Below, piece by piece: positions 47,923-56,239 of a stretch of DNA of 64,000 nt. How positions within the stretch are numbered: the first letter of the stretch is position 1; every line of letters begins with the position of its first letter. Under the pieces are notes generated by a model. The model saw only the letters and a list, made by a program, of their open reading frames with translations. It was not told the origin of the DNA and did not search any database. Location: the NCBI GenBank assembly GCA_039208735.1, contig JBCCQY010000001.1, positions 64,001 through 128,000 on the forward strand, given 5' to 3'. The stretch is from Myxococcota bacterium (GTDB lineage Bacteria; Myxococcota_A; UBA796; GCA-2862545). Position numbers and translations under genes: made by a program.

Positions 47923-50199
47923 TCACTGGGCGAACGCCTGTGGGCCAATGGCGGCGATACCGCGAATCGTGGGTCCAGGAAGCGGAACCAGACCGAAGGG
48001 CTCGACGCGCCAGTCAGGAGGCTCACAGATTCGTACGAAGGGTGCGGTTCCGCCGGGTCCCACCGCGTCGCGAAGGTCGAAGGTTGCGCCGCCGAGGCGA
48101 GTGCCCACCAGCGTCCAATCCACCCCATCGTCTGAGACGTAGACATCTGCGTTGTCGATGAAGGGCACCTGGAACACCACCAGGTCATCACCCGGACCAT
48201 CGGTTGGAATCACGTCGGTGAAGCGCACAACAAGTTCGTGATCGCAAACGTCCTTGGATTGATTCACGTCGTAGCCCCGCCCCTCGGAGGGACCGAGGGC
48301 GTTGACGGGGTTGTTGCTTCCGCCTTGGTTGGTGGCGCGAATGACTTCGTCGGCCCAGCCGAAAGGGGGCACCGAGATGGTGGTGTCGTCATCAAGGTCC
48401 CAGATGCCGGGTCGTTCCAGGATCGGGGCAAATGCGGCGTAGTGTGATGGAACGTCGGGATCGTCGAGCACCAGCAGATCCAGGACGCAAGCCGCCAGGA
48501 CGGCTTCATCGCGCAACCCTGCGGCTCGGCACCGCACATCGGCGGATCGGATGGCGAACTGCGAAAACGCGGCCAGCGGGTTGGGCGCGTAGGGAAAGTC
48601 ACGAAGGTCGAAGGTCGCGGCGGTTTCCCCTTCGTTGTAGGGAAGCAGGGAGGTCGCATCGTCGAGTCGCCAGCCGTCGGCAAAGGTGGTGTAGCGCTCC
48701 TCGGCAAACGCGCCCGGCGCAAACCCGGTGCCGTCGGCGCGGCGAAGGTCGTCGCTCCGGTCGTCATTGGCCGTCCCGAGGAGCCCACCTGCCGAAGCGG
48801 GATCCGGAGTGCTGCGCGCGACGGCGATGTCGAGCAGGGCAGTTCGGACGTCGATGACAATATGGTCCTCTTCACCGACGACCACCGTGCGCCAGGGCCC
48901 GAAGCGGGTGACCTCCACCCCTTCGGAGGTGACCTGGTCGCCCTCGCCAAGCGGCCGACCCTTGACCAAAACGTCAGCCCCTTCGTCGACGAGGCGCACG
49001 GTGGTCAGGTGATCCCCGATGCGCACAGCCACTGCGGTGGCGCCACTCGCGCTCTTGCCAATCGGTTCGTAGCGGGCCTGAACCTCAAAGCCCGGCCGCC
49101 GGCTGAGCACGAACTCACCTGCGGCTTGGAAGTCGTACCGGACCCCATCGAAGGTCGCGATGTGGGGGTCGCCAGTGCTCGTTGCGGCGCTGCCGTCGGG
49201 CAGCCCTTCATCGCCAGGCCCCGTGGATTCGCTGCCTGGGTCGGGTTCACCAAGGGTTTCGATGAGCGTGGTGGCGGCGGCCAGCAGATCGTCGGTCGTA
49301 TACGACATCCGTCGCAAATAGTCGTTGCTCCGAATGCCTCCGCCGACATCGATCACGGTCCCGGTGGCGTCGTAGGCAGCTTCAAGGCCGTCATGGGAGG
49401 GCAACACGGGGGTGATGAACTCATTGAGGACCGCCCCAATGACGACCATCGCTCCATGGTCCTCCAAGTCTCGCAGCAGTTGGTTGGCCCGCGCTCGTTC
49501 TTCGGCGGTCGGCGGTTGGCGGAGCGCTTCGACGGCGTCGATCGCGTCTCGTCCCGTTCGAACGACCCCCAGTCCACCCCGCAGGGGCCCCTCACAGCTG
49601 ACCGCAATGCGGACTTCGTCGGCGTAGCCCTCCAATTCCCCTCCCGGACACGTGCCGGGTTTGCCGTCGGCGAGGGCGGCTCGGTGGGCCTGTCCCAAGG
49701 GCGAAAGCGCGACGATGCGTTCCACGGGATCGGGGTTTCCTGGGGTGATGCGGAGTGCTTCGACGATGTCGACGTTCCCATCTCCGTCGAGATCCATCAC
49801 TGTCCCGAGGCGGCCTGGTTCGGCCACCTGGACCCCAAGCAGGCGATTGGCCAGTGAGGTGAGCACCGTGCCGCGTGCATCCTCACCGAGCGGCACATAC
49901 CAAGCGGGCTGTTCGAAGGGGAGCCGGCCGGCAGAGATGCGCTCCTCCGCCATGACGGGAGCGTCGGGGGCGGGTGCGTCCCAGGTGAGGTGACCCGTCC
50001 ATTGCTCGGGTTGCGGGGCCCAGGCCTCGGGAAGGCGCAAGGGACCTCGGCGAATCTCGTAGGTCAAGCCATCTTGGGCCGGCTCATCGTGGAGGCCCTG
50101 CAATGTGACCGGAAACGGACCTTCGAGGACCGTGGGGCCTGGGTCAGAGGGTGAGTTCGCGCACCCGACCCCTGCGACCCATCCTATCCACCACCGCAT
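47923..50199 (-). CDS. Lipoprotein with von Willebrand factor type D domain
   Basis: GVGC lipobox; GDPHIATFDG.RYDFQAAGEFVL, GLLG, FADGWR, ACVLD. Confidence 0.82.
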   Translation of the reverse strand: MRWWIGWVAGVGCANSPSDPGPTVLEGPFPVTLQGLHDEPAQDGLTYEIRRGPLRLPEAWAPQPEQWTGHLTWDAPAPDAPVMAEERISAGRLPFEQPAWYVPLGEDARGTVLTSLANRLLGVQVAEPGRLGTVMDLDGDGNVDIVEALRITPGNPDPVERIVALSPLGQAHRAALADGKPGTCPGGELEGYADEVRIAVSCEGPLRGGLGVVRTGRDAIDAVEALRQPPTAEERARANQLLRDLEDHGAMVVIGAVLNEFITPVLPSHDGLEAAYDATGTVIDVGGGIRSNDYLRRMSYTTDDLLAAATTLIETLGEPDPGSESTGPGDEGLPDGSAATSTGDPHIATFDGVRYDFQAAGEFVLSRRPGFEVQARYEPIGKSASGATAVAVRIGDHLTTVRLVDEGADVLVKGRPLGEGDQVTSEGVEVTRFGPWRTVVVGEEDHIVIDVRTALLDIAVARSTPDPASAGGLLGTANDDRSDDLRRADGTGFAPGAFAEERYTTFADGWRLDDATSLLPYNEGETAATFDLRDFPYAPNPLAAFSQFAIRSADVRCRAAGLRDEAVLAACVLDLLVLDDPDVPSHYAAFAPILERPGIWDLDDDTTISVPPFGWADEVIRATNQGGSNNPVNALGPSEGRGYDVNQSKDVCDHELVVRFTDVIPTDGPGDDLVVFQVPFIDNADVYVSDDGVDWTLVGTRLGGATFDLRDAVGPGGTAPFVRICEPPDWRVEPFGLVPLPGPTIRGIAAIGPQAFAQ

Positions 50200-50262
50200 C
50201 GAGCACTCCTGTGCAGGTTTGCTCTCGGTAAAGGACCAGACGACGTGCGCCCATGCCCATGA

Positions 50263-51072
50263 TCATGGGGTTGCGGTGACGAATCGCCGGACGAAGCTCA
50301 CGATGAGTCGATTGACTTGGTCGGAGGCTTCGGCGTGGAGGAAGTGACCCACCCCGGCCAGCACGACGCGCTCCGAGGTGGGCGCGATGCTCCGGATCTT
50401 GTCGGTAAGTTCGGGGGCGGCGTAGTTGAACTCCCCGGCGTTGAGCGCGAGGACGGGCACTTCGATGGGGGCTTGGTCGGTGTCTTCGATGGTCAGGATG
50501 GCGTTGGTCAGATCCTTCACGACGAAGGGAGGGGCCGCCAACATCGTGGTTGAAATCTTCGTCTTCAGGTCATCGGGGGTGTGCTTGCTCATCATTTGAC
50601 CGACGAACGAGCCCCAGATCGACCGGTACAAGGGCGTCCGCATGAGCATTCCAACGCCGCCATAGACGCAGCCAAAGGGCTCGTAGTACACCAGGCCGTC
50701 CAGTGCGATGTAGGCGAGAAACCGCTCGGGCACGCGTGCATACAGCCGCCTAACCACCAACTCACCCATGCTGTGCCCGATGAAGATGGCCTGTTGGATG
50801 CCGAGCTCGGACAACACCGTGCGAACCGCCTCCACCATGAAGTCGAGGGTGTAGGAAACCTCTGGTACGTCGCTGCGGCCATGGCCGGGCAGATCGATTC
50901 GAACCACCCGACCCAATTCCCCCAACGGAGTGACCTGGTCCTCGAAGAACGTCAAATTGCAGGCCAAACCGTGGATGAGCACGAATGTGGGGCCCTCCTC
51001 TCCAGCGCTTCGCACGTACACTCGATGGGTGTTGGGTGGCCGATGCACCTCCACAAATCGCTCTTCGTCCAA
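50263..51072 (-). CDS. Alpha/beta hydrolase
   Basis: LIHG, DLPGHGRS, GHSMG, GHFLH; TTG start after GGGAGGG. Confidence 0.9.
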   Translation of the reverse strand: MDEERFVEVHRPPNTHRVYVRSAGEEGPTFVLIHGLACNLTFFEDQVTPLGELGRVVRIDLPGHGRSDVPEVSYTLDFMVEAVRTVLSELGIQQAIFIGHSMGELVVRRLYARVPERFLAYIALDGLVYYEPFGCVYGGVGMLMRTPLYRSIWGSFVGQMMSKHTPDDLKTKISTTMLAAPPFVVKDLTNAILTIEDTDQAPIEVPVLALNAGEFNYAAPELTDKIRSIAPTSERVVLAGVGHFLHAEASDQVNRLIVSFVRRFVTATP

Positions 51073-51155
51073 GGTTCCCTCCCCCTGGCCACTATGACGT
51101 CTGGTGAAACAACTCGGGCGACGCGTCGTAGGGGCAGCAAACCCGATGAGGGGGA

Positions 51156-51665
51156 GTGATGTTTCGACGTAGACCAATGCCAATGATCCTACGGATCGCG
51201 ATCCTCGGGTTGTTTGCGGGTGTGTTTGTCATGGCGGTTTTGCCTTCGATCATTGGCATGATCACGGTTCGCTACCAGACCCAGCAGCTGATGGAAGACT
51301 TCGCGGCCACAGAAGAAGACCGTGCGTTGGCACAGGATCTGAATGAGCGTGCCTTCGAAGCAGGTTCGGACCTCAAGTTCGACCCGCAAGCGGTCGCGCA
51401 TGCCCGACGGATGGGGCAGCTCGACGAGGTTCACGAGGTGGCTGACGAGATGTTCGGCCAACAGGTTGAACACGTCGAGCCTGACACCACCCCAAGGCGT
51501 CACAACGGGGCGTTTTATCGGGATGCGAACCCGGAACCCGAAGTGGAAGGAGGCATGCCCCTTTGGGTCGGACTCCTGGCTGTGGTCGGCTTGGTCTTTG
51601 CCTCGCTGGCGGCGTTAGGAGCCGCATTCACCTCGCTCATGAGCCGGTCTGACCCCGGATCATAG
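51156..51665 (+). CDS. Hypothetical 2-TM membrane protein
   Basis: N- and C-terminal hydrophobic helices. Confidence 0.65.
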   Translation: MMFRRRPMPMILRIAILGLFAGVFVMAVLPSIIGMITVRYQTQQLMEDFAATEEDRALAQDLNERAFEAGSDLKFDPQAVAHARRMGQLDEVHEVADEMFGQQVEHVEPDTTPRRHNGAFYRDANPEPEVEGGMPLWVGLLAVVGLVFASLAALGAAFTSLMSRSDPGS

Positions 51666-51732
51666 CCGAGGTTAGCCCTTGCGAAAACCGACCTTGCATT
51701 ATCGCAAAGCGTTCGTGCCATACGGTGTCGGC

Positions 51733-52524
51733 ATGACGACTCGACGCGACCTTTTGGCTTCTGTGACGTCCGCGGCCTTGGTCTTCCCCACGCGGGGATG
51801 GGCAGCGGGAACCCCTCGCATCACGCACTTTGACGTCCGAAGGTCCGAGGACCGTGGCACGGGGATGCGCGACTGGCTCTACAGTCGCCATACGTTTTCC
51901 TTCGCCGGCTATCGTGACCCTGCGCACATGGGTTTTCGCTCGCTGCGGGTCATCAACGAAGATGTGGTGGCGGGGGGCCGTGGATTCTCGCTGCATCCGC
52001 ATCGCGACATGGAGATCCTGACCTACGTGCTTTCCGGCGGACTGCGTCACAAAGACACCCTGGGCAACGAAGGGGTGATCCGACCTGGGCTCATCCAACA
52101 CATGAGTGCGGGAACCGGCATTCGCCACAGTGAGTTCAATGCTGCCGCCAAGACGGATGTGCATTTCCTGCAGATTTGGTTGCTCCCGAACCGTGCGGGG
52201 GGGGCGCCTAAATACGACGAACGCAAGGTTCCGACCGCTGAAAACCAGGGGCAACTCACCCTGCTCGCGTCGGGTGACCCAAAGGCCGATGCGATCACCA
52301 TCCACCAAGACGCCCACGTCTACGGATCGCAACTGCGCAAGGGTCAGGTACTGACCCACGAGGCTCAACCAGGACGGGGCACCTGGATCCAGGTGGCTGA
52401 GGGCTCGGTCGAACTCAACGGCCAGCGGTTCATCGCGGGCGATGGCGCATCCACCGAGCAAGCCGGCTTGCTCGACATCAAGGCCCTCGAACCGTCCAAT
52501 GTGGTGCTGTTCGATCTCGGATGA
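51733..52524 (+). CDS. Pirin-family protein with twin-arginine signal
   Basis: WLYSRHTFSFA, LRVINED, HPHRDMEILTYV, MSAGTGIRHSE; N-terminal TRRDLL..GWA. Confidence 0.92.
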   Translation: MTTRRDLLASVTSAALVFPTRGWAAGTPRITHFDVRRSEDRGTGMRDWLYSRHTFSFAGYRDPAHMGFRSLRVINEDVVAGGRGFSLHPHRDMEILTYVLSGGLRHKDTLGNEGVIRPGLIQHMSAGTGIRHSEFNAAAKTDVHFLQIWLLPNRAGGAPKYDERKVPTAENQGQLTLLASGDPKADAITIHQDAHVYGSQLRKGQVLTHEAQPGRGTWIQVAEGSVELNGQRFIAGDGASTEQAGLLDIKALEPSNVVLFDLG

Positions 52525-52619
52525 CTTCGGTGCGGGTATACTCCGGCTGCTGTGGGGCACCGGAGGTGCGTGTGCAACGATTCGGGATGCTGCACAAATC
52601 CAGTAGACCCATCCAGCGC

Positions 52620-53363
52620 ATGTACTCCTTTGGCCGACTCCAACCCACGACCTCGCCTGACCTTGCCTTGATCAGACTCGCGCAAGCTTTGCGTGCTGCG
52701 GTTCTGATTTCGTGCAAGCTTTGCTTGCCGCTGATCAGCTTGGTGTTCGCTGGGAGCGCGATGGCCGCAGACCTCGATATCCGTGACGCCTACAGCCCGT
52801 TGAACTCAAGTCGGCCGGTCCGGTCCAAGACGCGATGGCTCATCCTGCACACAACGGAAGGCGGCGATTCGTCTGCGCAACGTGAGGTGCGGCGGCGCGG
52901 GCTTGCGAACTACCTCGTACTGCGAAATGGTCAGGTGCTACGCATCATCGCTCGGCAGCGAGAGGCACGCCATGCCGGAACCAGCATGTGGAACGGAACC
53001 AAGGACCTCGACCGGTTTTCGATCGGCATCGAGGTGGTCGGTTACCACAATCGAGGACTTACGACCGCGCAGGAAGGGGCATTGCGCCAACTCATCGAGC
53101 AGTTGCAGTCGATCTATCGGCTCGGTGATGATGCGGTGTTGCCTCACTCGATGGTGGCGTATGGGCACCCCAATCGCTGGCATAAGAAGGCCCACCGAGG
53201 GCGCAAGCGTTGCGCCATGCAGTTTGCGCGACCCGACCTGCGGGCCCGGATCGGCCTGACGTCACAGCCCAACCACGACCCCGATGTACGAGCCGGACGG
53301 CTGATTGAGGCGGATCCTGAACTTGCAAAGGTGCTTTTCGGTCATGCCAAAGGCCAACCATGA
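52620..53363 (+). CDS. N-acetylmuramoyl-L-alanine amidase (Amidase_2)
   Basis: ILHTTE, ARHAG.S.W, SIGIEV, VLPHS; start may be TTG 52668. Confidence 0.85.
   Translation: MYSFGRLQPTTSPDLALIRLAQALRAAVLISCKLCLPLISLVFAGSAMAADLDIRDAYSPLNSSRPVRSKTRWLILHTTEGGDSSAQREVRRRGLANYLVLRNGQVLRIIARQREARHAGTSMWNGTKDLDRFSIGIEVVGYHNRGLTTAQEGALRQLIEQLQSIYRLGDDAVLPHSMVAYGHPNRWHKKAHRGRKRCAMQFARPDLRARIGLTSQPNHDPDVRAGRLIEADPELAKVLFGHAKGQP
52669..52736. repeat. 68-bp palindromic REP-like element, copy 2 (inside the amidase ORF)
   Basis: 63/68 identical to 2347-2414. Confidence 0.85.
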
Positions 53364-53396
53364 TGAGCGGCCAGCGAAGCTTGCGCGAGTCCGACC
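53362..53396 (-). repeat. 35-bp single-hairpin, inverted, diverged copy of the same element
   Basis: Reverse complement GGTCGGACTCGCGCAAGCTTCGCTGGCCGCTCATC; overlaps the amidase stop. Confidence 0.65.
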
Positions 53397-53429
53397 ACCG
53401 CTGGCCTTCTGCGCTACGCCCCTGCGGGT

Positions 53430-54071
53430 TTACGCGGTCACCAAGGCGAAAACGCTCGCGAAGTGAAGGGCAGCGGCGGCGACCGTCGCGGCATGGAAGG
53501 CTTCGTGGAAGCCGAAGGTGGCCGGCCACAGGGTCGGACGCTCCGTTGCGTAGACCAGGGCGCCGAGCGTGTAAATGGCACCTCCTGCGACCAGGAGACC
53601 GAGCGTGGGATCCCCGGCGGCGGCACGGAGTTCACCGATGTAGGGTGCGATGCTCCAACCGAGCGCAAGCGCGAGCCCAGCGCGCCACCATTTGGGCCCT
53701 TGCAGGTTCAATACGCAGTACAAAATGCCCAGGGCTGCGCCGCCCCACACGAACTGTAGCAAAGACTCCCCTTGTCCAACGGGCAGGCCGATCAACGCCA
53801 CCGGGGTGTACGTTCCTGCGATGAGCACAAAGATGGATGCATGGTCCACCCGACGAATCCAGTTCTCGGCGGGCAGGGTCCAGTCGCCACGATGGAGCAG
53901 GGCGCTCACGCCGAACTGAAGGACCAGGCTAGCGGCGAACACGGCGACAGCTACGCTGGCCCGACCGGTCGGTGCAATGGCTACGAGAACGAGCCCCGCG
54001 CCCAATGCGGTTGGTGCCGCATATTGATGAAGCAGACCTCGAAAAACCGGTTTTTGGAGAGCGTCCGCCAA
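53430..54071 (-). CDS. Hemolysin III / PAQR-family membrane protein
   Basis: KP.FRG.LH, SALLH, DHASIF.LIAGTYTP, FGFHE.FH. Confidence 0.92.
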   Translation of the reverse strand: MADALQKPVFRGLLHQYAAPTALGAGLVLVAIAPTGRASVAVAVFAASLVLQFGVSALLHRGDWTLPAENWIRRVDHASIFVLIAGTYTPVALIGLPVGQGESLLQFVWGGAALGILYCVLNLQGPKWWRAGLALALGWSIAPYIGELRAAAGDPTLGLLVAGGAIYTLGALVYATERPTLWPATFGFHEAFHAATVAAAALHFASVFALVTA

Positions 54072-54115
54072 CGTGCCGCCTGGGTCGCGCACGCTGTAAC
54101 CTCTGCCTCCTGCCT

Positions 54116-55072
54116 TTACCGGGGGCGCTTCCGATACTGGCTTAAGGCTCGGGCCACGGTCGGACTCCCATGTTCTAAAGCCCAATCTTCGAGTACCTTC
54201 CGTTCGTTGGCATCTCCGTCGACAAGGGCTTCCAGTTCGGCCGGGATGCCCGGAAGCACCACGTGCTCGTGAACGCGCATGCGGTGGTCGAGCCATTGAA
54301 TGCGATTAGGGGTTCGAGCATGGGCTCCGAAGACGTTCTTGGCCAGTCGGGTGATGCGTTTGGTGCGGCGGTCCGCAACCCACAAACGTCCGTCTTCCAT
54401 CACGGTGGCCAGAACCGAGCCACAGTTCGACAGGCTTGCGTGTTGCAGCGCCCCGTCCACCACGACCTCCCAGGCACAGTCTCGCGCTGCGTCGAGCCAT
54501 TCCGCTGTGGTGTCGGTGTTGGTCACGTTGAGCAAGATGGGACCGGCTTCTAGCCAGCCGATATCCACCGTGGTTTCACGGAGGGATAGCACACGTTCAA
54601 ACTCGGTACCATCCGCCTCAAAGACACGAATGGCCTCCACCCCCCAATCAAAGCGCTCCTCGGGATTGCCGATCGTGTAGTGCAGCCCGCAGGCTCGACC
54701 GGTTTCGCTAATCATGATCCCAAAGTTCCGCTGACTGCGGTGTGACCTCCCCAACACGTCCCACGGGGAGGCTGGCCCGTGTCGTTCATGCCGACGGATG
54801 GAAAGATTCCGTTGCACAAGGGCCGCAATGGCGTTGCCATGGGCCGCGATCTCAGGCCGGTAGAATCCCTGGGGGAAGTCCAATCGATCGGTGACGATAA
54901 ACGTCTCACCCTGCAGCACCGCGATGCCTCCGGTATCGAGCAACACCGCTGCTTGGCTTGTGCCGGGCACAAACGCACTGGCGATCGAGCCGGCAGGTAG
55001 GGGCGACTGCCGACCGTCAAACCAGATCAAAGCCTGATCTCGAAGGGTGGCGAGTCGTGCGGGCGGGCTCAT
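54116..55072 (-). CDS. Hypothetical beta-rich protein with C-terminal TIGR02996-like motif
   Basis: 318-aa ORF filling the gap; RKVLEDWALEHGSP. Confidence 0.6.
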   Translation of the reverse strand: MSPPARLATLRDQALIWFDGRQSPLPAGSIASAFVPGTSQAAVLLDTGGIAVLQGETFIVTDRLDFPQGFYRPEIAAHGNAIAALVQRNLSIRRHERHGPASPWDVLGRSHRSQRNFGIMISETGRACGLHYTIGNPEERFDWGVEAIRVFEADGTEFERVLSLRETTVDIGWLEAGPILLNVTNTDTTAEWLDAARDCAWEVVVDGALQHASLSNCGSVLATVMEDGRLWVADRRTKRITRLAKNVFGAHARTPNRIQWLDHRMRVHEHVVLPGIPAELEALVDGDANERKVLEDWALEHGSPTVARALSQYRKRPR

Positions 55073-55078
55073 GGGCGA

Positions 55079-55627
55079 TCAGGGCTCTTGCAGCACCAGG
55101 GGCAACGAATCGAACCGTCCTTCAAAGGGCACGGTGTCGAGCACAACACCTTGGTCGATCTCATCGATCTCGCCCGAGAACCGACCCGAAACCAGGCCGG
55201 CCGCTCGATCGAGGACTTCGATGGTGAAGCTGCCGGTGCCTTTCGCGTCCATGTCGGTTGCCCAGGTGCGGGCGGTCGCGGTGACCACGTCGACGTCGCC
55301 ATAGCCAAACTGTGTGGTTTGGGCAGGCTCCCCCCAACGTCCGACCGGATACGAACCGACATCTAGCGGCATCAAGTCGGAAACCACGATGGCGAGCGTG
55401 GAGGAGGGAGTCGAGGCCTGGAGGGTGAGGATGGACGCAGGACTGTCCACAAGGTCGACCGAGCCCTGGAGCACCAGCTCGCTGCGGTCTCCGTCGAGGT
55501 TCCACTCCACCACGTTCGACGGAGGGGCCGGATTGTCGATGGGTGGAGAAGTTTGGGGTTCAACGTCGTCGTCTCCGTCGATGACGAAGATGCAACCCGT
55601 GACGATCCAGAGGAATGGTGAAACCAT
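55079..55627 (-). CDS. Hypothetical lipoprotein
   Basis: VTGC lipobox; VSGRFSG..FEGRF strands. Confidence 0.7.
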   Translation of the reverse strand: MVSPFLWIVTGCIFVIDGDDDVEPQTSPPIDNPAPPSNVVEWNLDGDRSELVLQGSVDLVDSPASILTLQASTPSSTLAIVVSDLMPLDVGSYPVGRWGEPAQTTQFGYGDVDVVTATARTWATDMDAKGTGSFTIEVLDRAAGLVSGRFSGEIDEIDQGVVLDTVPFEGRFDSLPLVLQEP

Positions 55628-55789
55628 AACGACCCTCGCGTAGCTCGATGCTCGAGCGATTCGCTTAGCGAGCTTTTCGACCAAGTCAATGCCCTCGTTC
55701 GTGGTGCAAAACGAACCGCCGGGCGTATCACTTCGCGTTTGGCAACGCCAGAAAGCGTCGGCGGGCCCGAATCGTCTCGGCGGAGTCCG

Positions 55790-56100
55790 AGGCGTCCGGG
55801 GCGTTCACCACGAACGCCACGTCCGTGCCCAGACATCAGACCTGCAAATCCCTCGGGAGAGCGCTCCTTGGCGGAGATTCCCTCGACTTCGACAATGACA
55901 TCCCCGACGTTGAGCCCTAGCTCCCAGGCCGAGGAGCCCTCGATGATGTTGGTGATGCGCATCCCTTCCGTGTCGGGACGAAAGTGCACCCCGACTCCCC
56001 CCGCGGGTTCGGGGGACATCTCAAGCCCAGGACAGTCGACGGCCACGACCTCTGCATCGGTCAGGATCTCCCCGACCTGCGGCGGTCCGTGAATGGACCT
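55790..56100 (-). pseudogene. PDZ-domain gene fragment
   Basis: GGVGVHF..MRITNIIEGSSAWELGLNVGDVIVEVEG; no convincing start and similarity is lost after MSG; boundaries approximate. Confidence 0.55.
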
Positions 56101-56239
56101 ACAACAGAGGTTGGTGACCCCGGTGCGCTACATCCGCCCTCGGCCCGAGTTCGATGTGCACTGGGGGTTGGTCGGCCGGCACAGCAGGCCGCTGTAGCGG
56201 GCAGCGTAGCGGATTCGCAAGGGTTTGCCAGCGTTGTGG

